This document shows positions 39,434 to 48,428 of a stretch of DNA of 64,000 nt, piece by piece. The DNA comes from Gemmatimonadales bacterium. Its GTDB lineage: Bacteria; Gemmatimonadota; Gemmatimonadetes; Gemmatimonadales; GWC2-71-9. The stretch covers positions 3,501 to 67,500 of the forward strand of contig DAINRR010000001.1 in assembly GCA_036741715.1 (NCBI GenBank). The letters are read 5' to 3'. The notes beneath the pieces are model-generated. The model was not told where the DNA came from. It saw only the letters and a list, made by a program, of their open reading frames with translations, and did not search any database. The stretch's first letter is position 1, and every line of letters starts with the position of its first letter. Position numbers and translations under genes: made by a program.

Positions 39434-40249
39434 CTACCCGGGAGCGCGATCATCGCGCCGGCGGGTCCGGTTGAGCCGCGCCACGACGCGCGTGACGACC
39501 TCGCGCGGTGAGAGCCGGACGATCGCGCCCAGGGCGCGATTCGCGAAGCCCGGTATCACGATCCGGTCCCCCCGCATCATCCCTGCGTGGCCCGCCGCCG
39601 CGACGGTGGCCGCTTCCATCACGGCGTTCCGTGCGAGGGTGGATTCGCGCATGCTCGCGCGTGCGAAGAACTGCGTTCGCGTGGGGCCGGGGCAGAGCGC
39701 GGTGACCGTCACCCCGCTGCCGCGCGTCTCTTCCGCGAGCGCCTCGGACAGCGAGAGCACGTAGGCCTTGCTCGCATAGTAGGTCGCGAGAAACGGCCCC
39801 GGCTGGAAGGCCGCGGTCGATGCGACGTTGAGAATGCGCCCCCGGCCACGCGCGAGCATGCCGGGAAGCCATCGGTGGGCGAGCTCGGTGAGCGAGACGA
39901 TGTTGAGCTGCAGCAGCGCGAGCTGTCGCTCGAGCGGAACCTCGCTGAAAGCGCCCGCCGCGCCGATGCCGGCGTTGTTGACGAGCACGTCGACCTCGAG
40001 GCCGGCGGCAGCGACACCCGCTGCGAGCGTCCGTGCACCGGCAGGCGCCGCCAGGTCGCAGGGTATGACGGTGGTTCCGGTGCCCCACCGCTCCCGCATC
40101 TCGCCGCCAAGCTGGTGGAGCCGCTGTTCGTCTCGGGCAACGAGGACGAGGTGAAACCCGTCGCGAGCGAGGAGGAGTGCGAGCTCCCGGCCGATCCCGG
40201 CCGACGCGCCCGTCACCACCGCGGTGCCGGCGCGGGCGCCGACCGCCAC
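39434..40249 (-). CDS. Short-chain dehydrogenase/reductase (SDR)
   Basis: Tracked ORF of 271 aa with a GTG start. Motifs are VVTGASAGIG, NNAG and YYASKAYV (YxxxK). Confidence 0.9.
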   Translation of the reverse strand: MAVGARAGTAVVTGASAGIGRELALLLARDGFHLVLVARDEQRLHQLGGEMRERWGTGTTVIPCDLAAPAGARTLAAGVAAAGLEVDVLVNNAGIGAAGAFSEVPLERQLALLQLNIVSLTELAHRWLPGMLARGRGRILNVASTAAFQPGPFLATYYASKAYVLSLSEALAEETRGSGVTVTALCPGPTRTQFFARASMRESTLARNAVMEAATVAAAGHAGMMRGDRIVIPGFANRALGAIVRLSPREVVTRVVARLNRTRRRDDRAPG

Positions 40250-40251
40250 GG

Positions 40252-40647
40252 CTAGACCCGCGTCCGTCGGACCGGACCGCCGCTCGGCAGGAGCTTCCGC
40301 ACGCCGAGACCGAGGAGCGTTCCCGCCATCGCCGGCACCAGCGCCGCGATCGTCACGGCATAGTGCGGCATCGGCGGATAGGGAATCGTGACGTCGAGAA
40401 CGTTTGCGACGAAATAGACGGCGGGAATCGAGAGCCCCATCACGATGGCCCGCGGCACGGCGCCCGCGGGGACGATGAGCGCCATGATGAACGCGGCGCC
40501 ACCCAGAAAGAGTCCCATCGTATCCGATCGACCCGTCTGCAGGTCGTACAGTCCGCTCGCGATCCCGATGCAGGCCGCGAAGAGGAGCCCCGCCGGCCGC
40601 AGCGTGCGTACCGGGCTGCTCCGGTGCGCGCGGCGCCCGCCGGGCAC
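40252..40647 (-). CDS. Hypothetical small multi-pass membrane protein
   Basis: This is the C-terminal part of tracked ORF 40252..40908. GTG at 40647 is the first start candidate downstream of the preceding gene's stop (40715). The product is (M)PGGRRAHRSSPVRTLRPAGLLFAACIGIASGLY...GLFLGGAAFIMALIVPAGAV...VTIAALVPAMAGTLLGLGV. The start position is uncertain. Confidence 0.5.
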   Translation of the reverse strand: MPGGRRAHRSSPVRTLRPAGLLFAACIGIASGLYDLQTGRSDTMGLFLGGAAFIMALIVPAGAVPRAIVMGLSIPAVYFVANVLDVTIPYPPMPHYAVTIAALVPAMAGTLLGLGVRKLLPSGGPVRRTRV

Positions 40648-40714
40648 GAGGACCCGATGTCGGGAGTGACGTGCCCGCCCCGCCAGCCCTGCCGATGCGG
40701 TCCTCGACGGCGGA

Positions 40715-42181
40715 TCAAGACTCAAGAGCGCACTCCATTTCAATTGAAAGTCCGTCGTGCTCGAGCGCCCGGCGCGCCTCGATCCGCGCGATGCTGAAGT
40801 CGCCGCTCGTACCGAGCCAGCGGTCTCGCAGTTCCGCGAGGAGCTCGCACCGCGTCCGCCGGTCGAGCGTCGAGGCCTGCTCGAGCAGCGCGGGCACCGC
40901 ATCGGCACTGAGCGATGTCAGGTACGACACGTCGACCGGCATCTGCGCCGAAGGCCGGCCGAGGTTCACCCGCGCGATCAGCGCGTCGGGGCTCATGACG
41001 TTGAGCGCCGCGACGGCACACCCGCTCGCGATGAGCGCTCCGCGCATGAATCCACTCCGGTTCCCGCGCAGGACGGTCAGCCCGAACCAGGCGAAGACCG
41101 CACAGAGAAGAAGCATGAACGCGGTCACGTAGACGCGCAGCTCGGTGAGCCCGTACATCCCCGTGTACAGGGCCATGCGCGAAAGCGCTGATAGAACGAT
41201 CACTCCAAGCAGCCCAAGAAGTAAGCCCGCCAGACTGCGGAAGCGTGCCCGGGCCCGCCCGCTCCGCTGGTCGAGCGCCCAGTCGGCCAGGAGCAGCAGC
41301 GGGAGGGTGAGCGCCGTCACCGCGACCAGCTCGAAAAACCCGCGCCGGGCATAGTCTGCGTAACTCAGAGTCCCCGCCGCTCCCACCAGGGAGGCGCCGC
41401 CGAACAGATATCTCGCCTGCAGCAGCACGAAGACCAGAAACAGTGACGCGATGCATCCGAGGGCGGTCCCGACGGTCGCGAACGGGATCGAGCCGCCCCC
41501 CGGCACGGCGGGGACGTTGATCGCGCTCCCCCGCACCGCGCCTCGCAGGAACCCGGCCGACGCCCAGCCGACCGCCCCGATCACGAAGGCATGCGGCACG
41601 AACCCGCTCAGGTCGAGCTGGAATGCATGCGCGATTCCGTCGGCGAAGAGCGGGTCGGCCTCCGCGAAGAGCGCGCTGAAGATGGCGAGCACCGGAGCGA
41701 CCAGGACCAGGCCGAACACGGCGCTGGTCGCGCCGCGCACGTTTCGTCCGCCCGGCAGGCGCATCCATGCGGACTCCGACAGCGCGGCGGCCGCGCCGAG
41801 CGCGGCATGTGCGCCCGCCTCGACGAACGCGAGCACCCACGCCAGGACGCCACCGGCCCCCCGCACCAGTGGCGCACCGATCCGCGACCCGGCGACGATG
41901 CAGCCGCCGATCGCCGCGAGATTGAGGAGGTGCAGCGCCGGGGAATCCCGCCACACGAGCGCACCGAGTCCGACCGCGGCCGCCGCGAGGGGGAGCCCGC
42001 TCTCGTCTGCCTCCGAGTCGAGCAGGACCAGGAGCGCGGCGAGCAGGAGTGCGAGCCAGGCGGCCGTGCCGAGCCGGTCCGGAATCCACATGCGGCTGAT
42101 GTCGGCCATGATGCCGAGGGCCGCGCCCAGCCCGAGGCAGGTGAGCGACCGCCGGGCCGGGGTCATGTCGCCGCGGGTCAT
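40715..42181 (-). CDS. Large polytopic membrane protein (DUF4153/DUF4173-like by resemblance)
   Basis: ATG at 42181 is preceded by GGAGGA and overlaps the upstream stop (ATGA). The product (MTRGDMTPARRSLTCLGLGAALGIMAD...) has about 12 hydrophobic segments and a soluble C-terminal tail (VDVSYLTSLSADAVPALLEQ...). Confidence 0.65.
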   Translation of the reverse strand: MTRGDMTPARRSLTCLGLGAALGIMADISRMWIPDRLGTAAWLALLLAALLVLLDSEADESGLPLAAAAVGLGALVWRDSPALHLLNLAAIGGCIVAGSRIGAPLVRGAGGVLAWVLAFVEAGAHAALGAAAALSESAWMRLPGGRNVRGATSAVFGLVLVAPVLAIFSALFAEADPLFADGIAHAFQLDLSGFVPHAFVIGAVGWASAGFLRGAVRGSAINVPAVPGGGSIPFATVGTALGCIASLFLVFVLLQARYLFGGASLVGAAGTLSYADYARRGFFELVAVTALTLPLLLLADWALDQRSGRARARFRSLAGLLLGLLGVIVLSALSRMALYTGMYGLTELRVYVTAFMLLLCAVFAWFGLTVLRGNRSGFMRGALIASGCAVAALNVMSPDALIARVNLGRPSAQMPVDVSYLTSLSADAVPALLEQASTLDRRTRCELLAELRDRWLGTSGDFSIARIEARRALEHDGLSIEMECALES

Positions 42182-42795
42182 GATTCCTCCTGACGCACGA
42201 TCGTGTCGGCGTTGCCGTTCGATTCTGCGTCCCCGAGGGCGAGCGATGTGCGCGCCTGCACGAGCGGGTTCCCGGGTCCGGGGACGAGGTACCGGTCCCA
42301 CTCGCGCCAGGTCACGACGGCGCGCTCGATGCGCGCCCCCTGCGGAAAACGGAGCGTCTGCTCCAAAGTGTCGCCGGCGGCGAGCAGGGTAGCGGAAATC
42401 GGGTCGAGCGGTTCATGCGAGACACCCTCCGTATCGTATGCGAGCACCCGGAGCCATCCTGGATGCTCCGGCACGGCGCCCGCGTCGCTCCTGAACCGGA
42501 GTACGACGGCGTCGGGGCTGGCGCCACGCCGTGCCGATACGTGGAGGTGGCAGTCGAATCCGCAGAACGAGACCTCGCTGCCTTCGGCGAGGACACGCGA
42601 AGGAATCAGCAGCGGCCCGGCGAGCACGAGGATCGCATGCACGGTCGTCGCGGCCGCCGCCATCAGGAGCGCGTTCCGGAGCAGTCGCCGGTTGCCGCGG
42701 CCGATCGCGTACACGGAGGCCAGGAGGGCAGCGGCAAGCGTGAGCAGCAGCCCGATGAGGAGCAGCATGCCGGCCAGACGGAGGAATTGATCCAT
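42178..42795 (-). CDS. Hypothetical membrane-anchored protein
   Basis: ATG at 42795 is preceded by GAGGTGA, 2 nt after the uppS stop. The product has two N-terminal TM helices (MDQFLRLAGMLLLIGLLLTLAAALLASVYAI; LLMAAAATTVHAILVLAGPLLI) followed by a soluble domain of about 130 aa with an FCGFDCH motif. Confidence 0.6.
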   Translation of the reverse strand: MDQFLRLAGMLLLIGLLLTLAAALLASVYAIGRGNRRLLRNALLMAAAATTVHAILVLAGPLLIPSRVLAEGSEVSFCGFDCHLHVSARRGASPDAVVLRFRSDAGAVPEHPGWLRVLAYDTEGVSHEPLDPISATLLAAGDTLEQTLRFPQGARIERAVVTWREWDRYLVPGPGNPLVQARTSLALGDAESNGNADTIVRQEES

Positions 42796-42797
42796 GA

Positions 42798-43541
42798 TCA
42801 CCTCGGCGCTGCTGCGACTCGTGGCTCGCGCGCGGGAAGGCCTCCGAATCGACGCTCGCGCTGATGGAATGCATGCACGGCTGCCGCGAGATCCGGTGCA
42901 CCGAAGTCGGGCCACATGCAGGGCGCGAAGACGAGCTCGGCATACGCGCATTCCCAGAGGAGGAAGTCGCTGAGGCGCTGCTCACCGCCGGTCCGGATCA
43001 GGAGGTCGACGTCCGGGGTCGCGGTGCGGCCGTGGTCCGCGATGGCGAGGAGCCGCCCGAACGACTCGCGCGTGAGCGAGGTGCCGGCGCTCACACACTG
43101 GGCGGCCTGCAGGATGGAGTCGCGTGCCGAGTAGTCCACGGCGATCCTGAGATGCAGGCGCTGCCCGTGGGCCGTGGCCGCCTCCGCGCGCCGGATCGCT
43201 TCGACGAGCCCGGGTGCGATCCGGTCCCGGCGTCCGATGACGCTGAGGCGGACGCCTTCCGCCACGGCGCGTGCCGTCTCGCGTCGCAGGTATTCGCGGA
43301 AGAGCCGCATCAGCCACTGCACCTCGCGGCCCGGCCTCCGCCAGTTGTCCGCCGAGAAGGCGAAGAGCGTGAGCGTCCCGATTCCGAGCGGTGGGGCCGC
43401 TTCGACCGTACGACGCACCGCGTCGACGCCTTCACGATGGCCGGCTGCCCGCGGCAGGCCCTGTCGCTCCGCCCACCGACCGTTCCCGTCCATGATCATC
43501 CCGACGTGCAGCAGCCCTGAATCCTGTGAAGTGCTTTGCAT
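42798..43541 (-). CDS. uppS: Isoprenyl transferase (undecaprenyl-diphosphate synthase family)
   Basis: Motifs are [27 protein letters not shown] and [17 protein letters not shown] prefer the ATG at 43541 (MQSTSQD...). The tracked TTG at 43559 is the alternative. Confidence 0.9.
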   Translation of the reverse strand: MQSTSQDSGLLHVGMIMDGNGRWAERQGLPRAAGHREGVDAVRRTVEAAPPLGIGTLTLFAFSADNWRRPGREVQWLMRLFREYLRRETARAVAEGVRLSVIGRRDRIAPGLVEAIRRAEAATAHGQRLHLRIAVDYSARDSILQAAQCVSAGTSLTRESFGRLLAIADHGRTATPDVDLLIRTGGEQRLSDFLLWECAYAELVFAPCMWPDFGAPDLAAAVHAFHQRERRFGGLPAREPRVAAAPR

Positions 43542-43548
43542 TGCAAAG
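43534..43548. promoter_or_regulatory. Perfect 7-1-7 palindrome CTTTGCA-T-TGCAAAG spanning the uppS start codon (possible operator)
   Basis: The palindrome was read directly at 43534-43548. An A/T-rich palindrome is conspicuous in this GC-rich DNA. The half-site CTTTGCAT recurs at 44557-44564, just upstream of the first gene of the same operon. Confidence 0.3.
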
Positions 43549-43568
43549 TTCCTCGGCAAAAAAAGAGG

Positions 43569-43952
43569 TCACCCTTCCCGCGCGGCGCGGATCAGGCCTT
43601 CCATGTGGTCGAGATAGCGGTCGAGTGCGGCACGGCCGGCTGCCGTCAGCGTGAACTCGGTGCGCGGCAGCCGGCCATCGAAGTGCTTGCTGCAGGAGAC
43701 ATAGCCCGCTTCCTCGAGCTTCCGCGCATGCACGCTCAGGTTGCCGTCGGTGGCACCGAGCAGCTCCTTGAGCTCGATGAACGACAGCGACTCGTTGACC
43801 GCGAGCGCGCTCACCATGGCGAGACGGAGCCGCTCGTGGATGAGCCGGTCGAGCTCGAGGGGACTCGCGGCCTGGCCGCCGGTCTCTCCCCTGAGCTCCC
43901 GGCTTTCGCCGTGCTGCCTGCGCCGAGCGGCGCCACCGCTTCTAGCCACCAT
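43569..43952 (-). CDS. Winged-helix transcriptional regulator (HTH_34/ArsR-like)
   Basis: Tracked ORF of 127 aa. The defining block is LDRLIHERLRLAMVSALAVNESLSFIELKELLGATDGNLSVHARKLEEAGYV...GRLPRTEFTLTAAGRAAL. Confidence 0.8.
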   Translation of the reverse strand: MVARSGGAARRRQHGESRELRGETGGQAASPLELDRLIHERLRLAMVSALAVNESLSFIELKELLGATDGNLSVHARKLEEAGYVSCSKHFDGRLPRTEFTLTAAGRAALDRYLDHMEGLIRAAREG

Positions 43953-44553
43953 GCCTCCGTGCGATCAGAACCCCGAAAATGATGTGCAGCACCCCGAAAC
44001 CGAGCGCCAGCAACGCGTCGCCCCACGACGCCGGTCCGAGTGCCGCGACGGCGCCGAGCGCCAGGAAACCGAGCCCCATGAGCGGCACCGCGCGAACCGA
44101 GAATGCGCCGCCGGTCACCACTCCGGTGCCGTAGAGCAGGAGCCAGAGCCCCGGAAGCGCGCGGCCGAGTCCACCCTGATACAGCACATAGGTCAGGATG
44201 GCGCCCGCGACGATCGGCGGCGTGAAGCTGAGGAGAAACCGCCGCGTGGGCTTCGCGAGGAGCGCACCGCCGAGTGCGCGCGCCTTCCTCGCCATCGCGA
44301 AGCTTCCGATCCCCATGGCGATCGCGGCCTCGAGGAGCCACACCCCGACCCAGCCCCGCACCGAATCCTGCGCCGCCGCGACCGGGGCCGCGATGAGGGC
44401 GCTCACGCCCATCGCGACGCCGCCCCACCCGGGCACCGCCGTGAACGGCGCGGCGGCCCGCTCGATCGTGCTGCGGATGAACGAGAGATTCTCGATCGCC
44501 CGATCGCCGAGCGCGGGCGGCTCGGAGCGCGCGGCCCCCGACGGCCGGTTCAT
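43942..44553 (-). CDS. Hypothetical polytopic membrane protein, partner of the winged-helix regulator
   Basis: Tracked ORF of 203 aa with 5-6 hydrophobic segments. Its 3' end overlaps the regulator's start by 11 nt. Confidence 0.65.
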   Translation of the reverse strand: MNRPSGAARSEPPALGDRAIENLSFIRSTIERAAAPFTAVPGWGGVAMGVSALIAAPVAAAQDSVRGWVGVWLLEAAIAMGIGSFAMARKARALGGALLAKPTRRFLLSFTPPIVAGAILTYVLYQGGLGRALPGLWLLLYGTGVVTGGAFSVRAVPLMGLGFLALGAVAALGPASWGDALLALGFGVLHIIFGVLIARRHGG

Positions 44554-44599
44554 CTACTTTGCATCATAAAGCTGATGCCTTCCGCCGTCAAGCCGGCAC

Positions 44600-45040
44600 C
44601 TAGAGGACCGTGGTGCAGTGCGGGCATTTCCGCGCGAGGAGCGGGATCGCCATCGCGCATTCGGGGCAGTCCTTCGTGGTCGCGGCCGGAGCGGCGGGCC
44701 GGTGCAGCCGGTTCACGGCCTTGACCAGGAGGTACACCGCGAACGCGATGATGAGGAACGTCACGACGCTCGTGATGAACAGTCCGTAATTGAGCGTGAC
44801 CGCCCCCGCGGCCTTCGCCTCCGCGAGCGTCGCGTACGGCGCCGGTGCGGCGGTCCCTTCCTTGAGCACGGCGAACATGTTGGCGAAGTCGATCCCGCCG
44901 AGCGCCAGTCCGATCGGCGGCATGATGACATCGTCCACCAGCGACTTGGTGATGGCACCGAATGCGGCTCCGATGATCACACCGACGGCGAGATCCACTA
45001 CGTTGCCGCGCATCACGAACGTCTTGAAGTCGTTCAGCAT
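44600..45040 (-). CDS. mscL: Large-conductance mechanosensitive channel with C-terminal CxxC...CxxC zinc-ribbon extension
   Basis: Tracked ORF of 146 aa. The MscL N-terminus is [44 protein letters not shown]. The C-terminal tail is [19 protein letters not shown]. Confidence 0.92.
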   Translation of the reverse strand: MLNDFKTFVMRGNVVDLAVGVIIGAAFGAITKSLVDDVIMPPIGLALGGIDFANMFAVLKEGTAAPAPYATLAEAKAAGAVTLNYGLFITSVVTFLIIAFAVYLLVKAVNRLHRPAAPAATTKDCPECAMAIPLLARKCPHCTTVL

Positions 45041-45205
45041 GGAGCCTCGTCTGGCAGGGTGATCGATGAGGAGCGAACGGAGGAGTGTCCGTCTACAAGA
45101 GGCAATGTGGTCGCAGCCGGGTCCCGGTCAAGCCCCGGCTGTGCGCGCACCGGCCCGGGAATCGTCCCCCTCGAATCCAATGGTCCACGAAGGGAATCGT
45201 CGCCC

Positions 45206-46225
45206 ATGGAAGGCCCGCTCCGGATCGCGCTGCGCTGCTCCTCCCTCGTGCTGGTCCTCTTCGGGACCGGCTGTGCGCACGGCGAGCCCTTCGCGGTCGA
45301 TGATCATCGGACCGATTTTCCCTTTGCAGATACCGACCCGGCCCGCCTGACCCTGTCCGGGTATCCCGACCTCCACCCGGCATGGCTGCCGGATGGATCC
45401 GGCCTCCTGTACTCCTACATACACGCCGAAAATCCGGAGCTCGATCGCTGCCTCGGCATCCTTCCCCGCACCGGCGGCCAGCGCGTGCGGGAGATCTGCC
45501 GGCGGTCGCTCGCCGATCGCGACACCATCGACGCGCTCGACCTGCCCGCCGTCTCCGCCGGTGGCCGTCTTGCCTATCGCCGATCGGCCTCGACTCCGTT
45601 CGGCGGCGTAGCCGAACATACCGAGCTGGTCGCAGGGACGCTCGAGGACCCGTTCGAGGGACCGATCCTGCGGCGGTTGCCCTTTACGGGTTCCGACGGG
45701 AAGTTCTATGTCGCGATCGAGCAGCCGCACTGGGTGGGTGAATCCGGCCTGGTCTTCCTTGCACAGGTCGAAGAGATCGTTTCACCCTGCCCCGGCTGCG
45801 ATCCTGTCGTGATCCTCGTGAATGGCGGCATCGTCCACCTGCTCGCGGACGGCTCCGGAACGGTGTCGTCGATTCCCGGAACCGAGTCGGCGACGAGCGT
45901 CGCCGTGGACGGCGACGGCTCGCTCCTGCTCACGCGCGAAGGCGATACGCGCATCTTTCGCCGCTCGCTCGAGACCGGGAGCGAATCGGTGGCGCTCGAT
46001 GTCGCGCCGGCAACGCCCTTCGCGGTCTCGGCCGGTGGTGGCCGGATTCTGGCACAGGTATCCGGCGGATTCCACGTCGCCGACCCGTCCGCCGGCACGA
46101 TGACCGAAGTTGCTGCGCCCGGCCTCGCGAAGCCGGTGCTACATCCCGACGGCTCGGTCGTCGTCGGCGTCCGCTTCGATCCCGAGACCTTCGACTCCGA
46201 CCTCTGGCGGCTGACGCTCCCGTGA
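45206..46225 (+). CDS. PD40/TolB-like beta-propeller lipoprotein, paralog 1
   Basis: An internal ATG at 45206 gives MEGPLRIALRCSSLVLVLFGTGCAHGEPF (lipobox-like). PD40-type repeats are HPAWLPDGSGLLYSY and KPVLHPDGSVVVG. The product aligns block by block with the next two genes. Confidence 0.8.
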   Translation: MEGPLRIALRCSSLVLVLFGTGCAHGEPFAVDDHRTDFPFADTDPARLTLSGYPDLHPAWLPDGSGLLYSYIHAENPELDRCLGILPRTGGQRVREICRRSLADRDTIDALDLPAVSAGGRLAYRRSASTPFGGVAEHTELVAGTLEDPFEGPILRRLPFTGSDGKFYVAIEQPHWVGESGLVFLAQVEEIVSPCPGCDPVVILVNGGIVHLLADGSGTVSSIPGTESATSVAVDGDGSLLLTREGDTRIFRRSLETGSESVALDVAPATPFAVSAGGGRILAQVSGGFHVADPSAGTMTEVAAPGLAKPVLHPDGSVVVGVRFDPETFDSDLWRLTLP

Positions 46226-47337
46226 GAATCACGCTTCCGATCCTCCTGCTCCTGGTTGCCTGCTCCCACGAGGAGCCGTTCACGGCACCCGACGATTCGC
46301 TCGACGAGCCGCTGAGTCCCGCCATCCCGGTGCGCCTCACCTACGCCGATGGCGGCCCGACGGCGCCGACGTGGACGCACGATGGCGACAGCGTCGTGTA
46401 TTCCTACCTCCGGCGCGGCGGTGGCTTCGCCGTCGAGCAGGAGGGGTGCATTGCGATCCTCCCGGCCACGGGCGGAACGATCCGCCGGGAGATCTGCAGC
46501 CGTTCGGTCTTTCAGACACAGGCGGGCGATTTCTTCGATTTCCCTGCCCTCTCGCCCGGCGGCCGGCTCGCCTTCTTTCACGACGGGCAACCGGCCGCGG
46601 AGGGCACCGGTGCGGAAGCCATACTCGTCGCGCCGTTCGATGCGCCGTCCACCTATACGCTCGTCCGCACCTTTCCCTTCCAGGCGGATGTCTTCTATGT
46701 CGCGCCCGCGTCGCTCAGCTGGCTCGACGATTCGCGGCTTGTCTTCATCGGGATCGCGGAGGAGCCGTACGCACCGTGTGAGGGGTGCGACCCGTTCCTC
46801 GTCCGTTACGGTCGCGCCGTCCTCGTCGCGGATCCGTCCGCGCCGGGCGCCGTGAGCGTCGTGCCGGGCACGCAGTTCGCGACGTCCGTGACGGCCGGCG
46901 AATCGCCCGACGTCATCTATTACACCCTCGCGAATGACTCGCGGATCTACCGCCAGGCGCTCTCGACAGGCGAGATCACCACGGCGCACGACTTCGGCGC
47001 GCCGGCCATCGCGCGGGACGTCTCGTATTCCGGCGGCCGGCTCGTGGCGATCGCCGGTGGAAGCGTGCTGACGTATCCGGACGACATCGGAGTGATCCAG
47101 GCACCCAACCTCGGGGGCACACCCTACGTCCTCGTTCCCGGCTCGGGTCAGGCACAGGTGGTCCCGGTCCCGGAGGCGATGTGGTTCAGGCGGCCGGCGC
47201 TGTCGCCCGACGGAACCCGGATTGCCGCGGAGGGGGCGCACCTGCAGATCACGGAGATCCGGGACGAGGGAGGCGGCATCGTCGGCTACGACACGGTACC
47301 CGGTGCGTCCAGCATCTGGAGACTCTCCGCGCCGTGA
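46222..47337 (+). CDS. PD40/TolB-like beta-propeller lipoprotein, paralog 2
   Basis: Tracked ORF of 371 aa. The GTG overlaps the upstream stop (GTGA). Lipobox is LLLLVACSHEEPF. PD40 repeats are APTWTHDGDSVVYSY and FRRPALSPDGTRIAAE. Confidence 0.8.
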   Translation: MRITLPILLLLVACSHEEPFTAPDDSLDEPLSPAIPVRLTYADGGPTAPTWTHDGDSVVYSYLRRGGGFAVEQEGCIAILPATGGTIRREICSRSVFQTQAGDFFDFPALSPGGRLAFFHDGQPAAEGTGAEAILVAPFDAPSTYTLVRTFPFQADVFYVAPASLSWLDDSRLVFIGIAEEPYAPCEGCDPFLVRYGRAVLVADPSAPGAVSVVPGTQFATSVTAGESPDVIYYTLANDSRIYRQALSTGEITTAHDFGAPAIARDVSYSGGRLVAIAGGSVLTYPDDIGVIQAPNLGGTPYVLVPGSGQAQVVPVPEAMWFRRPALSPDGTRIAAEGAHLQITEIRDEGGGIVGYDTVPGASSIWRLSAP

Positions 47338-48428
47338 CGCGCGCGCCGCTCTTCGTGATGCTGCTCCTCTCCGCGTGCGGCCACGAATCGCCGTTCGCTG
47401 CGGACGATCCCCACGTCGAAGGGCCCCGGACGTCGGTTTCCCCGGTTCGTCTCACGTACAACGACGGCGACGATCGGACGCCGGCCTGGCTCCCCGATGG
47501 ATCGGCGATCATCTACTCGAGCGAGCGCGTCGATCTCGCCGACGCGGACCGCTGCCTCAACCTGCTTCCTGGCGGCGGCGGCGCCGTGCAGCGCGAGCTC
47601 TGCGCGCGCGGCCCGGGGCAGGTGGACAGCACGCATCGCTTCGAAGCGCCCGCGGTGAGCGCCGGGCGGATCGCCTTTCTCCGCGCGGTGAGCACGATCG
47701 GCCTCCAGAAGGGCCCGGCGATGCATCTCATGCTCGGCCCCGCCGACGATCCCGCCTCGGCCGCCCCCGTCACCATCGTCCCGTACGCGGCGCCGAGCGG
47801 CCGCACGCACGGGAACGTCTCGCATCTCGTCTGGCTGAACGAATCGCGGCTCGTCTATCTCGGTGAGGACCTCTTCTATCAGGGCTCGACGTTCCTTCCC
47901 GACACTTTCACCACGGGACTGGAGATCGTCCGCCTCGAGACGTCGCCTGCCGTCTCGTTCAGCATCGTGCCCGGGACCGAATACGCCTCCTCGGTGGCCT
48001 CGGGCGGCGATGAGGACACGATCGTGTACACGCTTGGCGGCGATACCCGCGTGTTCCGGCAGTCACTCTCGGCGGGCACCGTCTCCGTGCTCCATGATTT
48101 TGCCGGCGCGGGGATCGCGCGCGACGTGCAGCTCCACGGGAGCACGCTCGTCGCCGTCGTGGGGCGCAGCGTGCTCTTCGACTTCGAGGAGGCGCACGGC
48201 ATGGTCCAGCGCGACGAGGGGGGCGACCTCCACATCGTGAACCTCGCCACCGGCACGTCGGTGGTGCATTCCCTGCCGGACGTGCTCTTCCGGCGCCCGG
48301 CGCTCTCCCCCGACGGCACGGCGCTCGTCGTCGAGGTTTCTCCGTTCGCACCGGTGCACGTCGGACCGGACTCCGATTTCAACGCGACCAACCACCGCCC
48401 GGACCTATGGCTCTTCGACCTGCAATGA
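47334..48428 (+). CDS. PD40/TolB-like beta-propeller lipoprotein, paralog 3
   Basis: GTG at 47334 overlaps the upstream stop (GTGA). Lipobox is FVMLLLSACGHESPF. PD40 repeats are TPAWLPDGSAIIYSS and FRRPALSPDGTALVVE. Confidence 0.8.
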   Translation: MTRAPLFVMLLLSACGHESPFAADDPHVEGPRTSVSPVRLTYNDGDDRTPAWLPDGSAIIYSSERVDLADADRCLNLLPGGGGAVQRELCARGPGQVDSTHRFEAPAVSAGRIAFLRAVSTIGLQKGPAMHLMLGPADDPASAAPVTIVPYAAPSGRTHGNVSHLVWLNESRLVYLGEDLFYQGSTFLPDTFTTGLEIVRLETSPAVSFSIVPGTEYASSVASGGDEDTIVYTLGGDTRVFRQSLSAGTVSVLHDFAGAGIARDVQLHGSTLVAVVGRSVLFDFEEAHGMVQRDEGGDLHIVNLATGTSVVHSLPDVLFRRPALSPDGTALVVEVSPFAPVHVGPDSDFNATNHRPDLWLFDLQ

